A stretch of 64,000 nucleotides of DNA from Octopus sinensis (Eukaryota): assembly GCF_006345805.1 (NCBI RefSeq), contig NC_043002.1:65100001-65164000 (forward strand), in the 5' to 3' direction. The translations under genes and the position numbers were made by a program. Under the pieces are notes generated by a model that saw only the letters and a list, made by a program, of their open reading frames with translations, did not search any database and was not told the DNA's origin. How positions within the stretch are numbered: position 1 is the first letter of the stretch; every line of letters starts with the position of its first letter. Shown here piece by piece: positions 13,614-26,227 of the stretch.

Positions 13614-14029
13614 AGGCGTAGGAGTGGGTGTGTGGTAAGTACTGGCTTACCAACCACATGGTTCCGGGTTCACTCCCACTGCGTGGCATCATGGAGAAGT
13701 GTTTCCTACTATAGCCTCGGGCCGACCAAAGTCTTGTGAGTGGATTTGGTAGGCGGAAACTGAAAGAAACCCGTCGTATATATGTATATATATATATATC
13801 TGCGTGTGTGTGTGTGTGTGTGTGTTTGTGCGACTGTGTTTGTCCCCTCCCCAACATAGCTTGACAACCGATGCTGGTGTGTTTACGTCCCCGTATCTTA
13901 CCGGTTCGGCAAAAGAGACCGATAGAATAAGAACTAGGCTTACAAAAATAAGCTCTGGGGTCGATTTGCTCGATTAAAAGGCGGTGCCACAGCATGGCCA
14001 CAGTCAAATGACTGAAGCAAGTAAAAGAG

Positions 14030-14030
<1 letters not shown>
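13614..14030 (+). mobile_element. SINE family A, full length with internal microsatellite
   Basis: tRNA-like head AGGCGTAGGAGTGG..GGTTCCGGGTTCACTCCC, internal (TA)/(TG) tract 13780-13830, tail GCATGGCCACAGTCAAATGACTGAAGCAAGTAAAAGAG. Confidence 0.88.
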
Positions 14031-14075
<45 letters not shown>

Positions 14076-14217
14076 GCAATAAAGATTCAAGTTAATTTAA
14101 ATGAATTTACTTGAATATGGTACCTAACTTAGATGCACCAAAAAAATTATGCAGTTTTAACAATACAGTAATGTGGGGTGATTATAAGCGAGAAAGAAGC
14201 AACAAGAATGGATAGGT

Positions 14218-14308
14218 TTTTAGTACAATCGTTTCATACAAGGACAGGCTTTATTAAAAGTTGCAAAAATTGCAGCATATAAACGTGTCCCGTACTCATC
14301 AGCTAAAA
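14218..14308 (-). ncRNA. Type I hammerhead ribozyme (minimal stem III)
   Basis: Exact reverse complement of 16380-16470; predicted cleavage between 14224 and 14223. Confidence 0.8.
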
Positions 14309-16379
14309 TACATGTGAGTTCTCTAGACATCCTAGTGGTTGAGGCTATACTCATGAAGTAATGTAGATAATTAAGTAACATAAACAGATTTCCAAAGTTC
14401 ATTAAAGTTCTTTAAAGATGATGTACAGTCTTATCACAGAATTTTAAAAAGGTTTTAATAGCATCACAGAGAAGGTGACTTAATCCATAGTGTACATATG
14501 AATTTCCAGAGATATGAGGAGGGATTACATACTCACAGACGACAAATTTATCCATTGCTAATCACAACGAGGTGGGTCTCAATTCCTGCTTATTAGCATT
14601 ACAGAGAGGGTGAATTAATCCTTTGTATAGATGCACAATTTCCAATGGTGTAGATGTAAATTTCCAGAGAAATGAAGAGGAACTTCATATTCACAGGCGA
14701 TAAATTTATCAATGGTTGAACACAATGAGGTAGGTATCAATTCTTGCTATATGATTAGGTATTTGCCACATTAATCACATTACTGCTATTTACAAGAGAC
14801 TGTAGCTATTTAACTTTTAAAGGCTGAAGGGCTTTCTAGAGAGGCAAAGAACAGAAAAGGGAAGGAAAGAGAAGAAAAGAGAGAAAATAAAGGAGGAGGG
14901 AGCAAAAGGGGGGGGACTAAAAGAGAAGAGAAAAGGAAAAAGAAAAAAGAAAAAGAGAATAAGAAGAAGAAAAAGAAAAAAGAGAAAAGAGAAAGAAATA
15001 GGGAAAGAAGGGAAAAAAAAGAGAAAAAGAAAAAAAGAGGGTTCTAGTTATACAGAAGAATTAGTAGACGGCAAGTCTGGTTTTAATTTACAGGCATCTA
15101 GGAACTAGAGGAGAATATTATTCTTTGACCAGTAAAACAGCTAATTTATTGCTGTTGAAAGCAGCTATGAATTTAAAGAGAATCTAAAGAGATAACACGG
15201 TCAGGGGTTTAGGGGTCAAAGGCTAAAATCAAAAGAAAATACATTAGGAAAATCTAAGTATAATCTTATCAAAAAGTCATTAAAATTTATTTAATTAATT
15301 TATTCATTTTACTGTCTTAAGGAGTTGCCGTTATTATTCATACATTGACGGACTACAGGTCAAATCTTAGAAGATCATTTACAAGGTGTTAGGGAATTGT
15401 CTATCATAATGAAGATAATCATATTATTACCGAGGGAGTAGCCTTATTTATTTAATTTTGAAATAGAATTATGGGGCTTTAGTAACTCATTTTATTTTAT
15501 TAAAGTTATGCTACTTAAATTAGGTTAAGAATTAAAATTAAAAATTAAAATTAAGATTTAAAATTAAGATTTAAAATTATGAGTTTGAAATTAAATAAAG
15601 CCTCAATTAAGCAGCGTATAAGTACTATTCATTTCCCTGTTCTCAAAAAACTGATGTAGATATAAGGAAAAAGATAACTGTAGTGTGAGAACTCTTAGTT
15701 ATCTACTTAAAGCAGTGCTATACTAGTAAAAATCAAGTTATATCTATCTATCTATCTAGTTACGAATATTCTAATCATTTAAAATATTTTAAAGTCTTCA
15801 ATTTAGCGTGGACACAAACTTGACCTAGTTCGATATGGTTATTCAATAAGTTTCTATGTTTTCTATGCTTTACAATTATATACGTCTCCATGGAGCATAG
15901 TCGGCAACCAACCCTGCTATTTTTATACGGAATTGCTCTCCTAACTATTTCCCAATTAAGGTTATAATTATTATTATTATTTTTGAGTTCCCAGATTTTG
16001 TTTGAAAGTGTGGTGGTACCAGCTTTATTTACATCTACACCATTGGAAATTGTGCATCTATACAAAGGATTAATTCACCCTCTCTGTAATGCTAATAAGC
16101 AGGAATTGAGACCCACCTCGTTGTGATTAGCAATGGATAAATTTGTCGTCTGTGAGTATGTAATCCCTCCTCATATCTCTGGAAATTCATATGTACACTA
16201 TGGATTAAGTCACCTTCTCTGTGATGCTATTAAAACTTTTTTAAAATTCTGTGATAAGACTGTACATCATCTTTAAAGAACTTTAATGAACTTTGGAAAT
16301 CTGTTTATGTTACTTAATTATCTACATTACTTCATGAGTATAGCCTCAACCACTAGGATGTCTAGAGAACTCACATGTA

Positions 16380-16470
16380 TTTTAGCTGATGAGTACGGGA
16401 CACGTTTATATGCTGCAATTTTTGCAACTTTTAATAAAGCCTGTCCTTGTATGAAACGATTGTACTAAAA
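16380..16470 (+). ncRNA. Type I hammerhead ribozyme (minimal stem III)
   Basis: Stem I UUUUAG/CUAAAA (6 bp), core CUGAUGA 16386-16392, stem II GUACGGGACA/UGUCCUUGUAU, GAAA 16453-16456, near-palindromic stem III ACGAUUGU, cleavage triplet GUA ending at 16464. Confidence 0.82.
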
Positions 16471-16500
16471 ACCTATCCATTCTTGTTGCTTCTTTCTCGC

Positions 16501-16565
<65 letters not shown>

Positions 16566-17247
16566 TGCATGTATCTATATGCATGTTTTATTTAGTTTCG
16601 GGTTTATTTACAATCGATTAACTTCTCGAAGGCATTGGCATCACTTAGCCACAGTACATTTGACTGAAAGCAGTAAAATAATAAAATGATATTTTTAAAT
16701 AAAATACGTCTTTGTTATTGTATATTTGCTGAATTCTTCAATTCTTAAATCCTATAGATTATTTTATCATTTTATACCACAACATAAATAAGTCGTAGCA
16801 ATTGACAGCGAAAATGTTGTTTAGAAGGATAATATACACTTAAAATCTATCGGATATGACATGATTTTAAATGACAGAAATTGCAGTAATATTTTCTTTC
16901 CATCAATTTATTTAAAAAAAAATAAATGAGAATCAACAAAGACATAATATTTACGTTTATGTATAAAGGAGCTACAATGTTTCGGAATCAGACTCGGTTT
17001 AACAATTGTATTTAATTACTGTGACATATATGAAATATATCAATTATTCCATTCATAATTGGAATGACAATAATGCTTGCTAAACAATCAAAATTTTTTA
17101 AGTGAAATCACATGATAACTTCAAGCATTGAAATTCGCACGCTTTATCAGATATCAGTCTTGGTGGACATTTTGTGTTTTTGTTTGACCATTCTATTAAA
17201 ACATTTGCTAACATCCAATGTGTGTGCATAGTTTTACTCACTTATGG

Positions 17248-17281
<34 letters not shown>

Positions 17282-17288
17282 ATAAAAA

Positions 17289-17327
<39 letters not shown>

Positions 17328-17759
17328 CATTATTATTATTATTGATAATATTATTATTACGGCCATCATCATTCATATCATTCTTATCATCAGAATTATC
17401 GTTATTATTATTATAATAACTTATTTTATTTTCATTGTTATTATAATCATAATTATATTTATAAAGACAACAATAGTAAATTGTATAAATAATAACTTTT
17501 GCTTTGCCAGAAATGCGAGTGAGGAGCGGATTTGTAGAGAGGGATTACAATGATACCGTAGTGTTGCATAGAATCGGTTATGAAGAACCAGTAATCAGCT
17601 ACATCTAGAAGAAATTAATTATGCACATACAAAGATGGACAGTCATTTTGATCTGATCAGCAACACCGATATTTCCAATAATTATCTTCATTTTCAAATA
17701 GACTCATACTTTCTTACTTGTGTTCTACGATTTACATACCGATGGTGGTTATTAATCTG

Positions 17760-18455
17760 TAGTGTTCACGAAAGGATGAAAGGTAAAGTCGACCGCAGCG
17801 GAATTTGAACTCCGAATGTAAAGATGGACGAAATGCTTGCTGCTAACTATTGGGTTGTCCGGAAAGTTAGTGCCAATTTTCAAAGAAAAGAAAAAGGTCA
17901 ATAAATACTTACCATTACATTTTTAATCAACCAAATGTGAAGCATTTTGTTGCTCAATGTGTCTCCATTTTTCCTTTAACTTGAAAATATCCTCTTCCCA
18001 GAATTGAGGTGGTTTCATGGCAAGGAATTCATCAAGGTATCTTTTTATGTCATCAAAGGAATCGAAATTTTTACCATTAAGATTATTCTACAGAGACCCG
18101 AATAAGTGGGAATCCGAAGGAGCAATATCTGGTGAATATGGAGGGTGGGTAACACATCCCAGCCGAGCTCCAGCAAATTTTATCTGGTTCCCAAAGCATA
18201 AAGTGCCGAAAATGAACTTTCTTATCTTCCATTTTAAAGGGTTACAGAATTAACACAGGTTAGAGGAACATAAACCTTCTTCCAGGAAAAGATAACGTAA
18301 ACTGTGCACTAAATGGAGGTGTAGTCAAATGCTATTTTATGGACTAAACCATGTTCTAAAATAAGTCCAAAGGTAAGCTACTATAAGTCGGCACGAACTT
18401 TCCGGACAACTCAATATCTGTTCCGATGTGCTAACGATTCTGCCAGCTCACCGCT
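17760..18455 (-). mobile_element. SINE family B split by a mariner insertion
   Basis: GAAAGGATGAAAGGTAAAGTCGACC..GGAATTTGAACTC on the left and GTGCTAACGATTCTGCCAGCTCACCGC on the right are contiguous in unsplit copies such as 52990-53103. Confidence 0.7.
17850..18414 (-). mobile_element. Internally deleted mariner (DD34D-type) element
   Basis: TIRs TTGGGTTGTCCGGAAAGTTAGTGCC / GGCACGAACTTTCCGGACAACTCAA, TA TSD (17848-49, 18415-16). Minus-strand HPPYSPDIAPSD.HLF.SL..NLNGK.F...FWEEDIFKL.EKW. Confidence 0.9.
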
Positions 18456-19254
18456 TTTGGTCTTCATACATATTAGCAACAAACCCATGTTGAGTGTCAC
18501 TCGCCTAAACCAGCCATCATTATAAGTGGGATGCTTTGAAAGTGGAGCGTAATAATATATTCGTGAGTTTAGTAAATGTGAATAAGCCAGGATTGAACTA
18601 TGCAGGAATAACAGTACACTTGATCTTTTGTTTTGGAGCCTCCTTATATATTACGGCATTTATTTTCCTCTAAGTGTGCAGCACTGGCGTCTCACAGTCT
18701 AATATTTTGCACAAGAAGAAAAAAATTGACATATGTCATATTGTACCGCGCGTATTATGAAATATAGTCCTTGGTCAAAAGAACGCCATCTTTTTTCGTA
18801 CACTTGTAACAAGGACTCAACCAATTTCAAATATCTTCGACTAATTTACAATGCCACTAGTGCTATAATTTTTTATGGAAAAAAACCTATTTTATATTTG
18901 AAACAAAATTATAGTCTTTGGCCGTTAAAGTATAAGTGTCTGAAGCGTCTGCCTTTCTCTCTCTCACACACTCTCTTATTGCATGAATGATAGTTTTATT
19001 CTCTGTCAGTCATTTGTCTTTAATTTGATGTTATTCTTTCAAAAGATATCTCATTCGGTTTTGTAGTCATTGATATGTCATTCGTTAGAATCACTACTCT
19101 ATGCTCTTCCCCAAGTAACCAAATTAAATTACTAGCAAACAGTTTTTTTAATAATATGTGTAAATGACAGATATATCCTCCGAAGCAGATAATGGGCTAG
19201 TCGGCGTTTCCAACCTGTGTTCAGAGAATGAACAAAATAATAATAATAATAATA

Positions 19255-19311
<57 letters not shown>

Positions 19312-19332
19312 AGAATCATAATTATAACGATG

Positions 19333-19402
<70 letters not shown>

Positions 19403-19416
19403 CAACAACAACAACA

Positions 19417-20324
19417 AATGAAATCCAAATTAAAACTAGAACAGCAACGGTCCTTGATAAAACGGTGGCAAGAAAAGCCCCTTCGTAGCAAATACTGGGC
19501 TAAACTAAAAACTAAAGAAATAGACAGAAAAAATCCCAGGAGTGGTTGAGAAGTACAGGACTCAAAGCTGAGACTGAAGGATTTTTTAATGAAGCACAAG
19601 ACCAAAGACTCCCCACCAAAAATTAACAAACATATATAATGAAAAGAAACATAACAAATAACTGCAGAATATGTGGAGATGGACAAGAAACAATAAAACA
19701 TATCATCTCTGGCTGCCCAGTCCTGGCTAAGAAGGATTATATTCACAAACACGACAGAGTTAGGACCTACATACACTGGAAGATATGGCAACACTGTGGA
19801 ATAGCAAGAGAAAAAAGATATATGCACACACCAGAAAAGGTCACAGAAAACGAGAAAGCAACCATACTCTGGGATATGTCAATACACACAGATAAATAAA
19901 TTAAGGCCAATTGGCCGGATATAGTTGTCAGAGATCATGAAGAAAAAATGCTTTCTAATTGATGTATCAGTACCAGCAGACCACAACGTGTCTCTAAAAG
20001 AAATGGAGAAACTTTCAAAATACAAAGACCTGGAAATAGTGATTACTCAAATGTGGAATCTAAAAGCAGGAACAATTCCTATCATAGTAGGCGCATTAGG
20101 TATGATAAAAAAATATTCAGACAAATACATAACAAAAACACCCAGACGTACAAATATATATAACATACAGAAAATTGAACTACTGGGCACTGCACACATC
20201 CTACGCAAAGCACTTTCAATACAGTAACCATAAGAGCATCACAGCAAACCACAGTACATACCCAAAGCACACAGATCTGCACTCGTTAGTGAAGTGAAAG
20301 CACGTTCTAAATATAGAACTACTG
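19417..20324 (+). mobile_element. R4/Dong-type LINE 3' fragment
   Basis: GLKAETEGF..EAQDQ, zinc knuckle CRICGDGQETIKHIISGC, ILWDMSIHTD, PDIV, LIDVSVP, KLSKYKDLE, IVGALG, LLGTAHILRKAL. Flanked by (AAT)n on both sides. Confidence 0.9.
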
Positions 20325-20331
20325 AATAATG

Positions 20332-20395
<64 letters not shown>

Positions 20396-20411
20396 CAACA
20401 ACAACAACAAC

Positions 20412-20449
<38 letters not shown>

Positions 20450-20460
20450 CAATAATAAAG

Positions 20461-21240
20461 TTTGCTTACCAAAAACTACCAAGCTAACGTTCTTCAAAAC
20501 GGTTCTGACCCTAAATGCAGATTCTGCGACACAATTCACGAAACAGACCATCTCGTCTCAGGATGTCCTGTGCTGACACCGAATGAATACAAATATCGTC
20601 ACGTTTGTGTAGGACAGTATTTACATTGGAAAATGTGTAAATACGACAAAATCAATACTCCTGCTTACTGGTGTGAACATCATCCTGAGCCAGTCATTGG
20701 AAGTAAAAATGTTACTATCCTCTGGGATTTTCCAATCAACACTGACAGAACTATCCAAGCTAATCGACCAGACATAGTAATTAAAGACAGGGAAGAAAAT
20801 ACTTGTAGATTAATTGATGTAAATGTTTACACTGATAGAAAGATATCTAAAAGAATTTAACAATTAACTAAACATAAGGGCTTGGAAATTGAAATCCAAA
20901 AGGGAGACTGTTCCTTTTTTGTGGGTGTCCTAAATGCTATAAGAAAGGGATATCAAAAACATCTAGACAATATCTCAGGAGAACCATCTCAGAGCAATCC
21001 AAAAGATTGTGCTGAGAAGTACTGCCCACATCCTAAGAAAAAAACCTATCAATTTAAATGAAGATAATTTGCAACTGCTTCTGCCAATTTAAATGAAGAT
21101 CTTTCGTTACTGCTCCTGCCACTTCCCCTCCGCAAGATTTCAGTCATACGGTAACATCTCTTATGCTTCGCTCGCACTAGGACGCTGGGTGTGTCTTTGC
21201 AAGTGATTATAACAAACATGCAGATTAAAGCAAAGACTGG
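20461..21240 (+). mobile_element. Second, divergent R4/Dong-type LINE 3' fragment
   Basis: CRFCDTIHETDHLVSGC, HHPEPV, ILWDFPINTDRTIQANRPDIVIKD, LIDV. Begins immediately after the (AAT)n tract 20325-20458. Confidence 0.88.
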
Positions 21241-21321
21241 AAGATCTACAATTTCCTGTGAGTATTTTAAATCTCCCTCAAAATAAGTTAAGAAACTTAC
21301 ATATCTACAGTTATCGAACTT

Positions 21322-21680
21322 TCTCCTTGAGTATTCGAAAATGTAAACATCCTTCTTATTCTAAGAACACTACTGTCTTCTCTGATCGAACATACAAAAG
21401 ACCATCTTTAGTAAATTTTACAACTTTAACATCTACAACTTTCTGGGAAAATTTTACTCTCCTTTTCTTTTCTTTCCTTTCTCCCAGAGTATTCGAAAAT
21501 GTAAACATCCTTTTTAATTGCAAAACCACTACTGTCTTATCTAACTGGACATAGAAACGAACATCTCTTGGAAACTTAAAAACTTTAATATCTACAATTT
21601 TGTTTGAAAATTATATTTTTCTTTTCTACCGAACTATCTCAATATGTAAACATACCTTCTATTGCAACAGCACAGATGCA
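21322..21680. repeat. Diverged tandem repeat, ~158-bp period, about 2.3 units
   Basis: GAGTATTCGAAAATGTAAACATCC at 21329 and 21487, with CACTACTGTCTT and ATCTACAA also repeated; a partial third unit lies near 21635. Confidence 0.75.
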
Positions 21681-22133
21681 TGAGAGAGAAAACAATAAAG
21701 AGGTAAGCACCACCTGCCAATATATACAAACTGCACGATTACAAAAACTGTAGACCACAGCAAAACTTATAAAAAGAAAAGGAAGGAGAGAAAAACAAAA
21801 AAAATCAGAAATTCAAAAATTCAACGATGTAAACATCAGTATATATACACATATTATTTTTTTTTCTATCAGTATCTAAAAACAGAACAAGATGAATTAC
21901 TTCTTTTGAAGGTCAAGGTCACCGCTCTTATTGGTCGCTAGTAGTAGTAAACACATTTGACCTCTGCTGACCCAAATGGTGTGAGGAATTTTTTGTCTCT
22001 TTATCGCACAGGAATGTCCATTGCTGACCTCCTCACCATCTGCCGAATCTATTTACATAGCTGTAGAATTTGGTCTATTCACCAAGCTGCTACTCTTCCT
22101 CCTATTATTCCCTTCAACACTCACATATTTATA

Positions 22134-22420
22134 ACTAGCAGTATCGCACGGCGTTGCTCGGGTTTGTAAGGGAAATAACTATAAAGCATTTTTAGAGAGT
22201 TATAGCCAAAAAATAGCAAAAAAACGGCATTAAAATGGAAAAAAAATGATGGTAAATTATTTTTAAAATCGTAGACGCGCGCTAATACCCAGAAGGGCTC
22301 GATATGAATCACGACTATAAGATACCCGGTTTTGGTTAAACTGCACCGCAAAATGTGGGAGTAGTGAGGAATCTAACTCGTAGGAGACAGACAGACAACC
22401 TTACTTTTATATATAAAGAT
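22134..22420 (+). mobile_element. Non-autonomous Helitron/Helentron-like element (Lep1/HINE-like)
   Basis: Starts ACTAGCAGTATCGCACGGCGTTGCTCGGG and ends GACAGACAGACA..TTTTATATATAAAGAT, an end architecture I recognise from such elements. Confidence 0.5.
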
Positions 22421-22513
22421 TATATCAAGCACAAGACAAAAGCTGAAACTAAACATTTAATAATACTTTTTGATAATAAATGGAACTAGTAATAATAATA
22501 ATAATAATAACAA

Positions 22514-22597
<84 letters not shown>

Positions 22598-22609
22598 GAG
22601 TAGTAGTAG

Positions 22610-24335
22610 TGTTAATTACAAAGATAAACGGACTGTATCTGAAAAGAATTGTGGCAGAGGACTGATTAGTATAGACAATTGTATAAGGAGTGAAAGTAGG
22701 AAAGGAACAAAGGAATATGGTCATAAACACGGGGGGATGTGAAAGAACATGTGAGTAAAGTGCGTAACTGGAAAGCCCCCGGATTCATGGCTTCTGGCTG
22801 AAGAGATGCCACCCGGTGTATGAAAGACAAGCAGCCCAATTGAATGAGTGTGTCCAGAAAGGTACCGCCCCCGCATGGTTGGTGCCTGAGAGAACAACAC
22901 TTGTAATGAAAAATAAAAGAAAGGGGATTATTGTGGGAAACTACCGTCGCATAGAATACCTAAACATAATCTGGAAGATATTCACTGTAACATGTGCGGC
23001 AAAGACATACACTTTCTTGGCCCAGGATGAAATACTACCAAGGGAACAAAAAAGATTTAGGAAGAGTTCTCAGGGTAACAAGAATCACCTGGTCGTCGAT
23101 AAAACAGTTTTCAGACATTGTAAGAAACATCACACAAACATGTCTATGGCTTGGATTGACTTTAAGAAGGCATATGATATGATGTCTCATTCTTGGATCG
23201 TTGAATGCCTGCAGGTGTTGGTGTTGCTGACAACATCACAAATTTTCTTATGCATAGCACGAAAGAGTAGAAAACCAAATTGTACTCAAGTAATGTATTC
23301 CTCAGACTCGTTTTCTCCGTTACTTTTTGTAATTGCACTAATACCCATAACAATGACACTTAGGAAAGTTAAGATGGGTTACCGATGTGGGAAGAAAGGC
23401 CATCTTCTGTTTATGGATACCTGAAATTGCTTGGTAATTCTGAGAAACAGATAGTTTCCTGAATCAAAACAATCCAGAAGTGTAGGGACATCGGTATGGA
23501 ATTTGGGATTACCAAATGCTCAGTAAATATGAAAAGACGGAAGAAAGCAGCCTGCAGAGGATTGCGGTTACCATCAGGGGAGACCGTGGGTGAACCCGGC
23601 GGTAGTAGGTATAGATATTTAGGGATTTTGGAGCTGCATGACATTCTAAGCAAAGAAATGACAGTCAAGGTCAGCGAGGCGTATCAAAAAGGGAGAAGAT
23701 GGTATTGAAATCAAACCCGAATGCCAAAACTTTAATTATCTGGGCAGTTTCGGTTGTCAGATGTAGTGCGTTCATTTTCAAATGGACTAAGGAGGAAATA
23801 TCAACACTGGATAGAAGGACGAGAAAGTTGATGACGCTGATTGGGGCGCTATACCATAAAGCAAACATAAACAGACTGTATGTGAAAAGAAAGGATGGTG
23901 GCAGAAGACTGAGACCATTGTATAAGGATTGAAAGGAGAACGCTTGCAGAATATTTGATAAACAGTGATGAAGACCTGCTGGAATATGCCGCGAAAGATA
24001 TGGCCGTAATTCAAGATGAAATGATGGGCAAGGAGGAGTTTAATCAAAGAGCTGAGGAGAAGAGAAAAGGAGACCTTCTTGAAATGAGAATGCATGGACA
24101 GTTTGAAAGGAATACAGAAAACAATGATATAGACAAATAGCTAAAGGAGATTGAAATAGAATTCCCGGTAGGGCTCCTACAAAAAGTTTGTCTTTTAGGG
24201 ACAGCGGAGATTTGAAAGAGGATCCTAAGCACTTGAAAGACTACTGGAAGTTTGTGGATACCTACGGTCACTAGTAGTAATCTGCTACCCACAAAAACTC
24301 TACCAGGAATAAGATCGAACGTGAGTCAAACCAAA
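22610..24335 (+). mobile_element. Decayed R4/Dong-type LINE (RT region, internally deleted 3' part)
   Basis: NWKAPG, GFWLK, NYR, AWIDFKKAYDMMSHSWI, FSPLLF, LFMD.LKL, GMEFGITKC, YRYLGILE, RLYVKRKDGGR, MHGQF, QKVCLLGTA. Preceded by an (AAT)/(ACT)/(AGT) tract. Confidence 0.88.
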
Positions 24336-24344
24336 ATAATAAAA

Positions 24345-24545
24345 ATCCTTTCTACTGTAGGCACAAGACCTGAAATTGTGGTAGGGGGATAGTCGATTAC
24401 ATAGACACGAGTACTTTTTTCATCGACCCCTAAAGGATGAATGGCATAGTCAACCTCGACGAAATTTGGGCTCAGAACGTAAATTAGGACAGAATGCCGC
24501 TGAGTATTTTGTACAGCGGGCAAGCAACTCTACCAGCTCGCTGTC
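24345..24545 (-). mobile_element. SINE family B (tRNA head plus Nin/Deu-like central domain)
   Basis: CATCGACCCC..AAGGATGAATGGCATAGTCAACCTCG..GAAATTTG..CTCAGAACG is the reverse complement of GTTCTGAGTTCAAATT..GTCGACTTTGCCTTTCATCCTTTCGGGGTCGAT. Confidence 0.75.
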
Positions 24546-25117
24546 TTTCTGTTAGTAAGGATATGGAGAAATGTTTGTCCAGCGTAGAAGGCAGCACATC
24601 ATTCGAAGAGATTCCAAACCGGCAGTTCTAATGAGTTGCTGAGACACTGAGACATGATACTGCCCGCTACGCTCAGTAGCTTGAAGAAAATGAGTGGTAA
24701 TTAAAAGATGATTTTTTTTTCTATTAAATACGAAGTATAGGTTAGGTTTAGTTTTAGTTTTCACGAAATATTTTTCCACTTTTTATCAATTTCATTCAAG
24801 ACGCGATTTTCTTAGACGGAGAACTTATTGTTGCGTTGTGGAGAGCATCACTGTCAACGATAATAAAATGCTGCTACTAACATGGTTTCAAATTTTAACG
24901 AAGCTATAGAATAGGCCATAACAATTGTGATACTGAAAGGCAGCTACACACCACGCTGAAGGGTTGGTGGTGTCTAGGAAATATAGTTTTGGTCTTAATA
25001 TGCTGATGTATATGATCCACATTAAGAGAACACGTGAGAAGAAAAGATTATTTCTTTAAAGACAAAGGAAGCAAAGCTAAAATAATCATCATACGCGTAG
25101 TCTCTGACTCCACAACA

Positions 25118-25292
25118 TCGCTTGACAACCGATGCTGGTGTGTTTACGTTCCCGTAACTTAGCGGTTCGGCAAAAGAGAACAATAGAATAAGTACTAGGG
25201 TTACAAAAAATAAGTCCTGGGGTCAATTTACTCGACTAATGGCAGTGCTCCAGCATGGCCACAGTCATATGACTGAAACAAGTAAAAGAGTT
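25118..25292 (+). mobile_element. SINE family A, 3' half
   Basis: CATCGCTTGACAACCGATGCTGGTGTGTTTACG...GACTGAAACAAGTAAAAGAG. Confidence 0.85.
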
Positions 25293-25789
25293 AGGGCATC
25301 GATTTTATCACAGAATTTCGTGTTTTAGGCGCATTTTAAATATAAGAAACTAGTTATTCTGCTATGAGTTTTTTTTTAATTTTGTTTATTTCTTTCTATT
25401 CCTGTCTCGATTGGTTTATTACGTTGATCACCGAAAGCCAAGCCATGCTTATAAGACTGCATTGTGCACTTACTGCTGACTCAGCGACAATAAGTTTGAA
25501 ACTTGCTGACAAAGTAAGTCATAAGAAGTGCTAGCTGAAATACTGTCTCCTTCTTTACAATGTATAAGTTACCATGCTTTATTGTTTTTTTTTATATTTT
25601 GTCTCATTTTCCTTTTTATTGAGGATGAAATATTAGTGATATGTATTAATCTGCTCTAAATTTGTTATGGCGACAAATGTTGAATATCTAAGTATGTAAT
25701 ATTTTATTTAGCTGTTTACGAAAAATGTTCTTGTATTATGACTAAGATTATATCGCTCTAAGTAATTGCATTCAATACATATATATACC

Positions 25790-25795
25790 CATAGG

Positions 25796-25842
<47 letters not shown>

Positions 25843-26176
25843 ATATATAATATATATATATATACATACAGGAATGTAGACTGACACATACATATATATA
25901 TATGCATCGAAATAGACAGATGGATTCATAGAGCAACAGATGTGTAAGCGTATATATATACATAATTATATATGGATGTATGCATATATATATATATGTA
26001 TATAATGTGTGTTTATATATATATATAACATATATATGTATATACACGCACATACATATATCCATATATATATACATGCATACATATCTACTCTTACCTA
26101 TACATGTGTGTATCTGTATGTGTGTGTCTGTGTGTGCATGTCAGTGCCTCTATCTGTGTATGTCTCTGTGTGTGCC

Positions 26177-26227
<51 letters not shown>

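Larger units (their letters stand above)
14188..16500 (-). mobile_element. 5'-truncated Penelope-like insertion with inverted pseudo-LTR
   Basis: GIY-YIG C-terminus TLSNKIWELK..WEIVRRA..Y...CRLCSMETYII...LLNNHIELGQVCVH at 15778-16026 (minus). 14188-14661 and 16027-16500 are inverted copies; I spotted one mismatch. Confidence 0.85.
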
